Shown here in pieces: positions 17,420 through 25,767 of a DNA stretch of 64,000 nt. The stretch is from assembly GCA_964447605.1 (NCBI GenBank), contig CAYUTA010000006.1, forward strand, positions 6,118 through 70,117, in the 5' to 3' direction. Both the position numbers and the translations under genes were made by a program. The notes under the pieces are model-generated. The model was not told the DNA's origin. It saw nothing but the letters and a program-made list of their open reading frames with translations, and did not search any database. Position 1 is the stretch's first letter. The number at the start of each line of letters is the position of its first letter. Source of the DNA: an uncultured Oscillospiraceae bacterium (GTDB lineage Bacteria > Bacillota > Clostridia > Christensenellales > CAG-138).

Positions 17420-17962
17420 CTATGCAACCGCAATCTCCGCCTTGCAGTCCTCCGAAACAATGGCCGCAAGCGTGGTGTTGCGCAGAAATTTCTGCCGGTT
17501 GAGGTAGGAGGTAAAATGCTCCAGATCCTCTTTTGTCTTAAGCTTCGCCGGGTCGTCGACAAAGCTGAAAAACAGGTTGGTCAGGTCGTAGCAGTGGTTG
17601 AGCACCGCGTTATATTTCTTTCCGACCAGGTTGACGGTTGTAAGCAGCGCCTGCGCCTCGTCGCGCAGCGTGTACATAACGTGCAGACGTTCCAAGATAT
17701 ATTCGTCCACACCCCGGTCAAACAGGGCGCGGATTTGCTCCGGCTGCCGCTCGCCCGGCAAAACGCATATCGTCCCGCCCTCCGTTTGGTCATAGCGGAG
17801 CGCGTCCGCCACGTCGGTCGTCGGCAGCGCATGGTCGTATGCCTCGCAAAACGCCCTTGCAAAGCGGTCGGTATACGTTTGCAGCCGCCTGACGCGCCGC
17901 TGGGACAAGAGCCAGAAAAGAACCGCCAGGCCGCCGACTATGACGATGGCAAGCATTTGCAT
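17420..17962 (-). CDS. hypothetical protein with one N-terminal TM helix
   Basis: ORF trimmed to MQMLAIVIVGGLAVLFWLL (ATG 17962, GGAGGG RBS). No recognisable motif. It is tightly packed between the cyclase and XDH genes. Confidence 0.55.
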   Translation of the reverse strand: MQMLAIVIVGGLAVLFWLLSQRRVRRLQTYTDRFARAFCEAYDHALPTTDVADALRYDQTEGGTICVLPGERQPEQIRALFDRGVDEYILERLHVMYTLRDEAQALLTTVNLVGKKYNAVLNHCYDLTNLFFSFVDDPAKLKTKEDLEHFTSYLNRQKFLRNTTLAAIVSEDCKAEIAVA

Positions 17963-18043
17963 GCGTTTCCCTCCATGTGTTTTATTAAATGGAAGAACAG
18001 GCGGCCATGCTGCACAGCCCGACCGCCTGTTTGTCAACCAAGG

Positions 18044-18844
18044 TTACGCATCCTCAAAGCCGTCGAACGCCACGACGCGGGAAATGCAGCTTTCGCCGTC
18101 AACGAGCTTCCACGGGAAGATGCCGATGACGCAGCGCTTGTTGCTGAGCTTTTCAATATCTCCGCCCAGGCATTCGGCATGAATGGCCTCGTAGGGCTTG
18201 CAGAACAGCTCAATGTGCATGGCCTGATAATGATCCGGCCACGGATAGATTTCTTCAAGGGTCTTTCCATACCTTTCCTGGAAGAGCTTGTCGCACTTGA
18301 CGGCCTCCCGCGGCTCCCAGTCACGGATCTTGGTGTTCATCGGATGGTCCGCGCTGCCGCAGTCCACGCCGATCCACTTGATCTTCTTGTCGCGCACCCA
18401 CTGCACGAACTCCAGCGACGGGCCGGGGTGGCGCAGCATGTAGCGGCGCTCGTCGGCGGTCGGGGAATCCCAGCCGTAGATATGGTAGCCGGTATTGATG
18501 ACGAGGATGTCGCCCTCGCGCACTTCCACACGCTTTTCAATGTCCTCCGGCGTATAGATGCCGAAATCCTCGGCCTGATCGGACAGATCGACCACAACGC
18601 CGGGCGCGCAGAGCTTGGTCAGCTCCAGCGCGGCCATATCGCGGCCTGCCGTGTCAAAGTGCAGCGGGCCGTCCAGGTGCGTGCCGACATGATTGGAGTG
18701 CGTCATCAACTGACCGTTGGCGCCGTTGGGCGCAAGGCGCTTAAAGAACTTCATTTGCAGCGGCTCATAGGTCGGCCACGGCGGCGTATTGATGCCAATC
18801 GGAATCGTCAGATCATACATTTTGATATCAGACCATTTGCTCAT
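18044..18844 (-). CDS. cyclase-family metal-dependent hydrolase (kynurenine formamidase / isatin hydrolase-like)
   Basis: ORF trimmed to MSKWSDIKMYDL (ATG 18844, GGAGG RBS). It carries the family signature HxGTHxDxPxH as HVGTHLDGPLHF. Confidence 0.85.
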   Translation of the reverse strand: MSKWSDIKMYDLTIPIGINTPPWPTYEPLQMKFFKRLAPNGANGQLMTHSNHVGTHLDGPLHFDTAGRDMAALELTKLCAPGVVVDLSDQAEDFGIYTPEDIEKRVEVREGDILVINTGYHIYGWDSPTADERRYMLRHPGPSLEFVQWVRDKKIKWIGVDCGSADHPMNTKIRDWEPREAVKCDKLFQERYGKTLEEIYPWPDHYQAMHIELFCKPYEAIHAECLGGDIEKLSNKRCVIGIFPWKLVDGESCISRVVAFDGFEDA

Positions 18845-19002
18845 TGTTATTGCCTCCTGATAGATAGTTTGGATTTGTCTATTGAAACCCCGTGTTACAG
18901 GGACATCAACCGAAAACCTGTTCAACCGGGCCTTACGACGCCCTTCTTGCATCATACGCGGGATCGATGCGTTTCATTTGTAACAATCATACTTATAGTT
19001 AA

Positions 19003-19030
19003 ATTTTATCACTCTAAAATGAAATGTCAA
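19003..19030 (-). promoter_or_regulatory. strong sigma-70-type promoter for the cyclase-XDH-permease string
   Basis: On the minus strand: TTGACA (19030-19025), 16-nt spacer, TGaTAAAAT (-10 hexamer at 19008-19003). It lies in a locally AT-rich patch, about 155 nt upstream of the cyclase ATG. Confidence 0.55.
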
Positions 19031-19104
19031 GCATCTGCGGACGCCGTTCCCGCCCGCCGTGCAAATAATGGCCGCGGCGGACGGGTACGAACCTGGTTGT
19101 TTGT

Positions 19105-20529
19105 TTATGCCCACGCCTCCGCACAGGCGGCGAGCGCCTTTTTGAAGCAATCCTCGGGCGGATTGACGATGCCTGCGCCGACCTGGCCAACGCCGGGATC
19201 CTTATGCGCGATACCCGTATTGATGATGGGCCGGATGCCGGTCTCGACGACCTTGCGCATGTCGATGCCCGTCGCGCTGCCGCGGAAGTTGAGCGCCGGA
19301 ATCTTATATGCCTGGCCCTCGCCAACGGTGATTTCGTACATCTGCGTGCTGTAATTGATCGCGTCGCTGACCTGACCGCCGACAAACTGCACAATTGCGG
19401 GCGCCGCCGCCATGCAGAAGCCGCCGATGCCGCCGGTTTCCGTAATGCACGAGTCGCCGAGGTCGGGCGCTGCGTCGGACTCGTCGAAGCCCGGGAAATA
19501 CAGGCCCTTCACCATCTCGGCCGGGCCGGTGAACCATTGATCCGGACCAAGTCCCGCAATGCGGATGCCAAAGTCCGTGCCGTTGCGGCACATGGTCGCC
19601 AGCACCGTGCAACAGGGAATGCCGAAAATCGGGTCGAGCGTGCACTTCATGGCCGGCATGGAGAGATTGAGGAACGTATGGTTGTTGCCGTTAATGAAGT
19701 TGTACGCATCCAGCTTTTGCTGCTGCGGGAAGTCCGATTCCATGATGGCCGGGACCAGCTCGCGGATCAGCAGGGACGTGCCGGCTTCATTCCGATTGTG
19801 CGCCTCGTCGCCCATCTGGAGCAGTTTGGCGATGAGCACCTTGACGTCGATCTCGCCCTTGATCTCCATCGCCGCCTTGAGCACGGGATAGAGCTCCTTT
19901 TCCATCCACCGCAGACGGGTGAGTACCTCGTCGTCGCACGCGCCAAAGCGCAGCACCTTGCCAAGTCCTTCGTTGATGGTACAGTACGCGCGGTTTCCGA
20001 AAGCCTTGTTCTCCAGAATCCACACCGGCATGGAGGCGGTGACCACGCCCGCCATCGGGCCGACCGCCGCGTGCATATGACAGGGGTCGAACTTGATTTC
20101 ACCACTCGCGGCCAGCTTTTCGGCCTCGGCCAGGTCCTTGGCAAGCCCTTCGTAAATCAGGCCGCCCATGACCGCGCCCTTCTGCGGGCCGGACATGCGC
20201 TCCCAGGTCACCGGCGGGCCGGCGTGCAGGATGGTCTTTTTCGTCATGCCGGGGATGACCTCGCCCGCGATGCCGAGTCCAACCAGCGTCGGCTGCGCGG
20301 CAAGGATGCGCTTGAGCGCCTCGGCGTTGGCCGCGTCGATCTTTTGGGCCAGCTCAGGGTTCTTCAGCTTGCGCAGATTGGCGGCCGCCGCCTTGTCGCC
20401 GCCCGCAATGGGCTTCCAGTCCACCTGAATCGCCGGAACGCGCTGGCTGATCAGGTCTTGATAGAAGGACTCGATGCCGAAGTTGACGACATGCAACTCT
20501 TTTTCAAACAATTCATTCAGTTTACTCAT
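19105..20529 (-). CDS. DUF1116 domain protein (YlbE/AllG-like)
   Basis: ORF trimmed to MSKLNELFEKE (ATG 20529, AGGAGGG RBS). The size and the position immediately downstream of fdrA match the fdrA-ylbE-ylbF triad. The family call is from overall resemblance, not from a catalytic motif. Confidence 0.7.
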   Translation of the reverse strand: MSKLNELFEKELHVVNFGIESFYQDLISQRVPAIQVDWKPIAGGDKAAAANLRKLKNPELAQKIDAANAEALKRILAAQPTLVGLGIAGEVIPGMTKKTILHAGPPVTWERMSGPQKGAVMGGLIYEGLAKDLAEAEKLAASGEIKFDPCHMHAAVGPMAGVVTASMPVWILENKAFGNRAYCTINEGLGKVLRFGACDDEVLTRLRWMEKELYPVLKAAMEIKGEIDVKVLIAKLLQMGDEAHNRNEAGTSLLIRELVPAIMESDFPQQQKLDAYNFINGNNHTFLNLSMPAMKCTLDPIFGIPCCTVLATMCRNGTDFGIRIAGLGPDQWFTGPAEMVKGLYFPGFDESDAAPDLGDSCITETGGIGGFCMAAAPAIVQFVGGQVSDAINYSTQMYEITVGEGQAYKIPALNFRGSATGIDMRKVVETGIRPIINTGIAHKDPGVGQVGAGIVNPPEDCFKKALAACAEAWA

Positions 20530-20542
20530 TTTCGCGCCCTCC

Positions 20543-22105
20543 TTACTGCAAGTTGGCAAGCACAAGCTCAACAAAGCGCGTTGCCTGCGCGTTGCTCGGC
20601 AGCACCACCGCGCCCGCGTCGGCAAGCTTCTTCTGCGTCTTGCTCAGGCACTGCGGGTCGCCTTCCGTACCGCACACGGCCGCAACCACGCACAGGTGCC
20701 GGCCGGCCGATTCAGCCTCCGCCCTGGCTGCGACGATTGCGTCGGAAAGGTCTGCCGCCGGGTCCTCGTGCGAGCCGTAGCCGATGACGCAGTCCACCAT
20801 GATGACCGCGCACTCCGGATCCTTGCCGTCGGTGAGTACGCGCTCTGCGCGCAGCGACGGGTCGATCATGGGATGCGGGCGGCCAACGGTAAATTCATCG
20901 TCGCCAAAGTCGAGGAACGTATGCTCGCGGCTTGTGCCGCCCTTTGCGTCGGCAAGCTTATCCTCGGCATGCAGCGGGATATTGCTGTAAATATGCTTTA
21001 GCTTGCCGATCATCAGCTTCATGGCCTCGTCGCACAGCGTGCCGCCGGTATAGAAGCCGCGCACATACTTCTGCGTCTTGGCCATTTTCCCGGCAATCTC
21101 CCCGGCCAGCGCCTCCGCCTTTTCCCGACCCATTGTGAATTCGGTGAAGTCGTTGACCGGCTCGCCCTTGCTCAGCGCCACGGCCTTGTACGCGGCATCC
21201 TCAAGCGACACGGCGGCCGTCAGGCCGAACGATTCGATCTCCTTGGGGTCGCCGCCGATAAAGATGACCACCGTGGGCTTTCCCGTCTTGGCGGCCAGCC
21301 CGAGTATCTCCGTCGCGATCTCCTTGGCGGGTGGCTTGCTGATGAGCGTGATGACCCTGGTTTTGGGATCGTTTTTGAGCGCGTCGAGACCAAGCTTCAT
21401 CATCAGCCCGCCGATTTCCTTTTTCAGGTCGCGTCCGCCGGTGCCGATGACCTGCGATACGCCGCAGCCGAGCTGGTCGATGATGGAACTGACCTCCTGC
21501 GTGCCCGTGCCGCTCGCGGCCACGATGCCGATGTCGCCCGCTTTGACCACGTTTGCAAACGCGAGCGGGACGTTATTGATAATCGCCGTTCCGCAGTCCG
21601 GTCCCATGACGAGCAGTTCCTTTTTATATGCGCATTCCTTGAGCGCTTTCTCCTCGTCGATGGTCACGTTGTCGGAAAACAGCATGACGTTGATGTCGTT
21701 GTCAAGGCAGTTCTGCGCCACGTCGGCCGCGTGACGGCCCGGCACGGAGATGACCGCCATGTTGAGGTCCGGATCGATCCTGATCGCACCGTCGAGCGTT
21801 GGCGGATAGTAGGCGGCCTCCTTGGCCTCCGACTTCTTGTTGAGCAGTTCCTCTACCTTCTTCTGTGCCGTCTCAAACACGTCGTCGCTTGCGCACTTCA
21901 CCGCCACAAAAAAGTCGTTGGGCGTGATTTCCGCGTCAAACTCAGGGGTTGCCAGACCGATGTTGTGGGCGATCTCCACGTTGAGATCCGTTCCCATGCC
22001 GACAAGCGCTTCTTCCACGCCGTCAAGTTTTTTCAGGTCCTTGGAGATGAGCATGAGGGTAACGGAATCATAATAAGCGTTCTTTCTGATTTCCAGTTTG
22101 ACCAC
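20543..22105 (-). CDS. FdrA-family protein (succinyl-CoA-synthetase-alpha-like; AllF-like)
   Basis: GTG start at 22105 with GGAGGG 7 nt upstream. The N-terminus VVKLEIRKNAYYDSVTLMLIS parallels my recollection of E. coli FdrA. Other blocks: VMGPDCGTAII, GIVAASGTGTQE, GTGGRD and FTVGRPHPMIDP. The ORF-track start at 22144 is judged too long. Confidence 0.85.
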   Translation of the reverse strand: MVKLEIRKNAYYDSVTLMLISKDLKKLDGVEEALVGMGTDLNVEIAHNIGLATPEFDAEITPNDFFVAVKCASDDVFETAQKKVEELLNKKSEAKEAAYYPPTLDGAIRIDPDLNMAVISVPGRHAADVAQNCLDNDINVMLFSDNVTIDEEKALKECAYKKELLVMGPDCGTAIINNVPLAFANVVKAGDIGIVAASGTGTQEVSSIIDQLGCGVSQVIGTGGRDLKKEIGGLMMKLGLDALKNDPKTRVITLISKPPAKEIATEILGLAAKTGKPTVVIFIGGDPKEIESFGLTAAVSLEDAAYKAVALSKGEPVNDFTEFTMGREKAEALAGEIAGKMAKTQKYVRGFYTGGTLCDEAMKLMIGKLKHIYSNIPLHAEDKLADAKGGTSREHTFLDFGDDEFTVGRPHPMIDPSLRAERVLTDGKDPECAVIMVDCVIGYGSHEDPAADLSDAIVAARAEAESAGRHLCVVAAVCGTEGDPQCLSKTQKKLADAGAVVLPSNAQATRFVELVLANLQ

Positions 22106-22997
22106 TGTTTTTCCCTCCATCATGATGTTGAATGGCAAGCACAAGCCCGGTCAGCATGTCCCCGCCGGATGTGGAACCGAAGGATGCAACGCGCTCTGCG
22201 ACAGTGAACAGACCCGCCTCGGGTGCATCCGAAAAAATGGTGTTCAGCAGAAGAAGCGCGTCCTGCGACGCCAGCCCTTCCGCGCTGTCCAAAAGAAATG
22301 TGCCGCTGATACGGTTGGTCTTTTTTGCCGCTGCGGCCGCCATGTGCGGCAAAAGCGCACGCGCGTCTTTCATGCGGCCGAACCTGCTCAGCAGCCGGAC
22401 GGTCAAAAAATACCCCGTAAGCAGGTCGTCGGAGCTCGGCGTCAGCCCAACGCCGCAGCCCGCGGTACGGGCGGCAAGCGCTCCGGCCTGCGGATCGGCC
22501 CTGCCGACCGCATCAAACAGCGCGTCAAGCCGCGGCGCAAGGAATGTTGAAAAAACGTTCCCTTCTCCGCCTGTGACCAGCGGAGAAAGCCCCTGCGCCC
22601 CCTCGCCCGCCCGCAGTACGGCAAGCACCGGCCACAGGCGGGGTTGGAGACGGGTTGGGCCGGAATCGTTTGCAATGGAATCGACCGAAAGCTCGGTCTC
22701 AACAGCGGTCTCGAGCGCAATGACCGTGCCGGTTTCAAACGCCAGGCCCGCGCGTGTGAGGCGGACTGCCTCCCCCCGCCGGATGCCCATGCGTGAAAAC
22801 GGTTCTTTGGCTTCAACGCTGCAGCCATACGGCACAAGGCCTCTCGGCGCCATGACGGCACAGATCAGCCTGCCTTCCAGCTCCACGTTCACCGCATGAT
22901 CGAACACGGTATGCACCGCGCCGTCACGCGCGCCGGACAGGGAAAGCGCCGCAAGGCGCGTGCAGACACGCTTTGCTTCCATCGCGGACGAACCCAT
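22068..22997 (-). CDS. DUF2877 domain protein (YlbF/AllH-like)
   Basis: ORF trimmed to MGSSAMEAKRV (ATG 22997; an alternative start is 22982). The call rests on position upstream of fdrA and on general resemblance (AVHTVFDHAVNVEL..). The 3' end overlaps the fdrA start by 38 nt. Confidence 0.6.
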   Translation of the reverse strand: MGSSAMEAKRVCTRLAALSLSGARDGAVHTVFDHAVNVELEGRLICAVMAPRGLVPYGCSVEAKEPFSRMGIRRGEAVRLTRAGLAFETGTVIALETAVETELSVDSIANDSGPTRLQPRLWPVLAVLRAGEGAQGLSPLVTGGEGNVFSTFLAPRLDALFDAVGRADPQAGALAARTAGCGVGLTPSSDDLLTGYFLTVRLLSRFGRMKDARALLPHMAAAAAKKTNRISGTFLLDSAEGLASQDALLLLNTIFSDAPEAGLFTVAERVASFGSTSGGDMLTGLVLAIQHHDGGKNSGQTGNQKERLL

Positions 22998-23013
22998 CTG
23001 CCTCTGAAAAGCG

Positions 23014-23379
23014 TTACGCCTTCTGGAAGATGAATCCGTATTCCTCGGTATCGATGGTTTCCTTGTAGAGGATGCGGCGCGTACGAACGACGCCGACCGT
23101 GGCCACAAGCTCCATGCCGACCTCGATGCCGTCGTCAAAGCCGATCTGGCCGGTCGCGCGCACGCCGTTTTCGAACTCGACAATGCCGAAGTTCAGCCAG
23201 GGCATCATATAGCCCTCGGGCAGGTTGTAGGCGCGCGTCCAGGTCAGCAGCTTGCACTTGCCCTCAAGCGGGATGGCTTCAAACTCGCGGCCGTCGCAGT
23301 CGGGGTTCTGACACACGATATAGCGAGGATGATGCAGTTTGCCGCACTTCTTGCATTTATAGGCATACATTTGTTCCAT
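23014..23379 (-). CDS. Zn-ribbon / OB-fold protein (DUF35, acyl-CoA-associated)
   Basis: ORF trimmed to MEQMYAYKCKKCGK (ATG 23379, GGAGGG RBS). It has a CxxC..CxxxxC zinc ribbon followed by an OB-fold-like C-terminal half. It is adjacent to the thiolase-fold gene. Confidence 0.8.
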   Translation of the reverse strand: MEQMYAYKCKKCGKLHHPRYIVCQNPDCDGREFEAIPLEGKCKLLTWTRAYNLPEGYMMPWLNFGIVEFENGVRATGQIGFDDGIEVGMELVATVGVVRTRRILYKETIDTEEYGFIFQKA

Positions 23380-23393
23380 GATCATTCCCTCCA

Positions 23394-24590
23394 TCACTTC
23401 GTTGTCAGTATGGTCGAAACGACGTTGTTGCCAAAGCCGCCAAAGTTGACCGCCAAACCGGTCTTCGCGCCCTCGACCTGACGGCCGGTGGCCTCGCCGC
23501 GCAGCTGTTTTACCAGCTCGACAATCTGCGAAACGCCCGTTGCGCCGAGCGGGTGACCCTTGGCCTTCAGTCCGCCGGAGGTGTTGATCGGCAGTTTGCC
23601 GCCGATCTTCGTTTCGCCGTTGCGCGCCGCAATGTGGCCCTGTCCGCGCGGGAAGAGACCCGTTTCCTCGGACTCGGCAATCTCAAGAATCTGGAATGCG
23701 TCATGCAGCTCGGCCACATCGATATCCTCGGGGCCCATGCCGGCCATTGCATACGCCTTCTGGGCGCTGTAACGTACCGCCAGCAGGTCGGTCGGGTTCT
23801 CGCGGTTGGCCACCACGTGGGTGTCGGTTGCCGAGGCAATGCCTGCGACGCGCACAAAGCGCTTTGCGTCGAAGCCGAATTCCTCGACCTTGTCCTTGGC
23901 GACGAGCAGCACCGCCGCCGCGCCGTCGGACACCGGGCACATATCAAACTGGCGCAGCGGGTCCGCCACCAACGGGTTGGTCGCATTGATGTACGCCGGG
24001 TTGGTGATGCGCTCCAGTATAACCGGGCGCTGAATGTGCGCGTTGGGGTTATGGCAGGCGTTGTCGTGGTTCTTTACCGAGATGATGGACAGATCCTTGC
24101 TCTCCACGCCGTATTGAATCATGCACAGGCGGGTGAACAGGCCGGCAAACGACGGCAGCGTGCAGCCGTACACATACTCGCCCTCGGGATGGAGCATCGT
24201 GGCGACAAAGTCCGTGCCCTCCCAGCCGGTGATGGCGCGCATGCCCTCGCCGCCGACGACGAGCACGCAGTCGCTCATGCCCGCGGCAATGGCCATTACG
24301 CCCAGCTTCACGGAGGAAGCGCCGGATGCCGGACCGTTCTCCACGGTTTCGGCCGCGGCGGGACGGAGGTTGAGCGTATCCACTACGGCGGAGGCCGCGC
24401 CGCTGATGCGGCTGACCATGCCGGAGCCCATCGAGCCCACGAATACCTGATCGATCACGTTCTTGCGGCCGGTCTTCGCGCCCGCGTCATCCATCGCCTG
24501 CAATGCCGCCTCGCACAGCATGTCGATGAACGGAACGCTGGACTTTCCGAATTTGGTATGGCCGACGCCAACAATTCCTACTTGTCTCAT
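23394..24590 (-). CDS. thiolase-fold protein lacking the nucleophilic Cys (SCP-x / Ltp2-like)
   Basis: 398 aa with a thiolase-like layout. The C-terminal NTSGGLKAKGHPLGATG block is present. The loop where thiolases carry CxSG reads ENGPASGASS (24321-24341). Confidence 0.8.
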   Translation of the reverse strand: MRQVGIVGVGHTKFGKSSVPFIDMLCEAALQAMDDAGAKTGRKNVIDQVFVGSMGSGMVSRISGAASAVVDTLNLRPAAAETVENGPASGASSVKLGVMAIAAGMSDCVLVVGGEGMRAITGWEGTDFVATMLHPEGEYVYGCTLPSFAGLFTRLCMIQYGVESKDLSIISVKNHDNACHNPNAHIQRPVILERITNPAYINATNPLVADPLRQFDMCPVSDGAAAVLLVAKDKVEEFGFDAKRFVRVAGIASATDTHVVANRENPTDLLAVRYSAQKAYAMAGMGPEDIDVAELHDAFQILEIAESEETGLFPRGQGHIAARNGETKIGGKLPINTSGGLKAKGHPLGATGVSQIVELVKQLRGEATGRQVEGAKTGLAVNFGGFGNNVVSTILTTK

Positions 24591-24649
24591 TCTTCTTTCC
24601 TTTCCGAAAAACTCGTTTTTCAGTCCGTTGAATGTCGCTAAAAATCGGC

Positions 24650-25321
24650 TCAGACGCTGATTTTGGCGGGCATGTGCAGCACTTTGTTGGCCTCGATGAC
24701 ATCTTCAAACGCAGGGCGAATGCCGACGTTCTTGTTGGCCTTATGCTTCTCCCACAGCTCGCGGGTCAGCACGAAGGTGGGCACGCCGCCAAGCTCGTGC
24801 GCGCACTCCGGACGGGATTCGAGTTCGTACTCGATCATCCAGCGCTTGAAGCCGTTCGGGCTCTCGGCCACGATCCAGACCTCTTCCTGATCCATGAAAT
24901 CGAAATGATACTCCATCTTGGCGGCAAACAGCTGGGCGCCGACGCGCGCGCCGCGCTTGAGCGTCATGGTGTGATACGACATGCCGATCTTCTCGTTGAC
25001 AAGACGGCCGTTGACGATGCCGGCGATCTCGCCGTCCACCGCGCCGACGAACAGATATTCGTCCTGCACGCGATAGCGCAGCATGCCCAGAAGCTCCGCG
25101 ATGATGCGGGCGGAAACGATGTCGTAAAAGTCCTTCTGGTGGTCAAGCAGCACCTTGATGCCGTCGATGATCATCTCGGTCTCTTCCGGGGTGGCTTCGC
25201 GAACGAGCATATCCTCGCCGGTGGTCAGGGGGATTACTTTGGGGGTGTAGGGCTTCATGCCAATCGTCGGGGGTCTGAGTTTGGCTTCCATTTCGTCTAC
25301 GATGATGTCATACTTGCTCAT
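24650..25321 (-). CDS. hypothetical protein, GNAT-like acyl-CoA acyltransferase fold
   Basis: 223 aa with an AAGGAGG RBS. AVDGEIAGIVNG followed by KRGARVGAQLFAAKMEY resembles GNAT beta4 / motif A (R/Q-x-x-G-x-G/A). No closer family was recognised. Confidence 0.55.
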   Translation of the reverse strand: MSKYDIIVDEMEAKLRPPTIGMKPYTPKVIPLTTGEDMLVREATPEETEMIIDGIKVLLDHQKDFYDIVSARIIAELLGMLRYRVQDEYLFVGAVDGEIAGIVNGRLVNEKIGMSYHTMTLKRGARVGAQLFAAKMEYHFDFMDQEEVWIVAESPNGFKRWMIEYELESRPECAHELGGVPTFVLTRELWEKHKANKNVGIRPAFEDVIEANKVLHMPAKISV

Positions 25322-25648
25322 GTGTGTGCCTCCTTATGAAACTGTTTGATATGATATATGCCGCCACTCACCGTGGCTTCACTGTTATTGTAGCGCCATT
25401 ATGAAGTCATGTCCAGTATTTCTTGCAAAATATTTTTCTGTAAATGCGATTTTTCTCAAAAATATTTCGTTTTGTCCATAATTTATCCCATGCCGCGGGC
25501 GAATTTTGCAAAGTATATATTTTTTAAGCTGTTTTCCCGCTTTTTCCGTACTGTCACAGACGTTTTCAGGCATTTGTCCGCACGCATTTTACGCGTGCAG
25601 CTTTTCCTGCGGGAACGGCCCGACACATGCAAGGATTTGCTATTTTTT

Positions 25649-25680
25649 GCAGGATTTATTTTTCTATCCTGCATTTTTTC
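25649..25680 (+). terminator. orphan terminator-like hairpin
   Basis: GCAGGAT-ttatttttct-ATCCTGC followed by ATTTTTT. There is no annotated gene upstream on the plus strand. Confidence 0.4.
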
Positions 25681-25728
25681 TTCCGCACTGTGACCGTTGC
25701 TTTATCGCCGGTTGTGGGTGCAACACCG

Positions 25729-25767
25729 AAAAACGGTCCGTTTTCCGCAGTCAAACGGACCGTTTTT
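25729..25767. terminator. orphan bidirectional terminator-like hairpin
   Basis: AAAAACGGTCCGTTTT-ccgcagtc-AAACGGACCGTTTTT. A perfect stem is flanked by A and T tracts, in the middle of a divergent intergenic region. Confidence 0.5.

Noticed and set aside
17387-19354. 655-aa plus-strand ORF spanning three minus-strand genes and an intergenic promoter region
   Set aside because: It runs through non-coding AT-rich DNA and several well-supported opposite-strand genes. It has no motif and no RBS.
13672-25321. In-frame TGA (selenocysteine) or other recoding in the XDH/FdrA cluster
   Set aside because: All genes read through as uninterrupted ORFs with conventional stops. Nothing in the sequence suggests a Sec codon or a SECIS-like hairpin.
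25710-25767. T-box-like sequence GTTGTGGGTGCAACACCG preceding the terminator hairpin
   Set aside because: It only partly resembles the T-box core (GGGTGGTACCGCG). No stem I elements (AG bulge, GNUGNGA/distal loop, specifier loop) are visible upstream. The next plus-strand gene is pfkA, 430 nt away, which is not an aminoacyl-tRNA-related gene.
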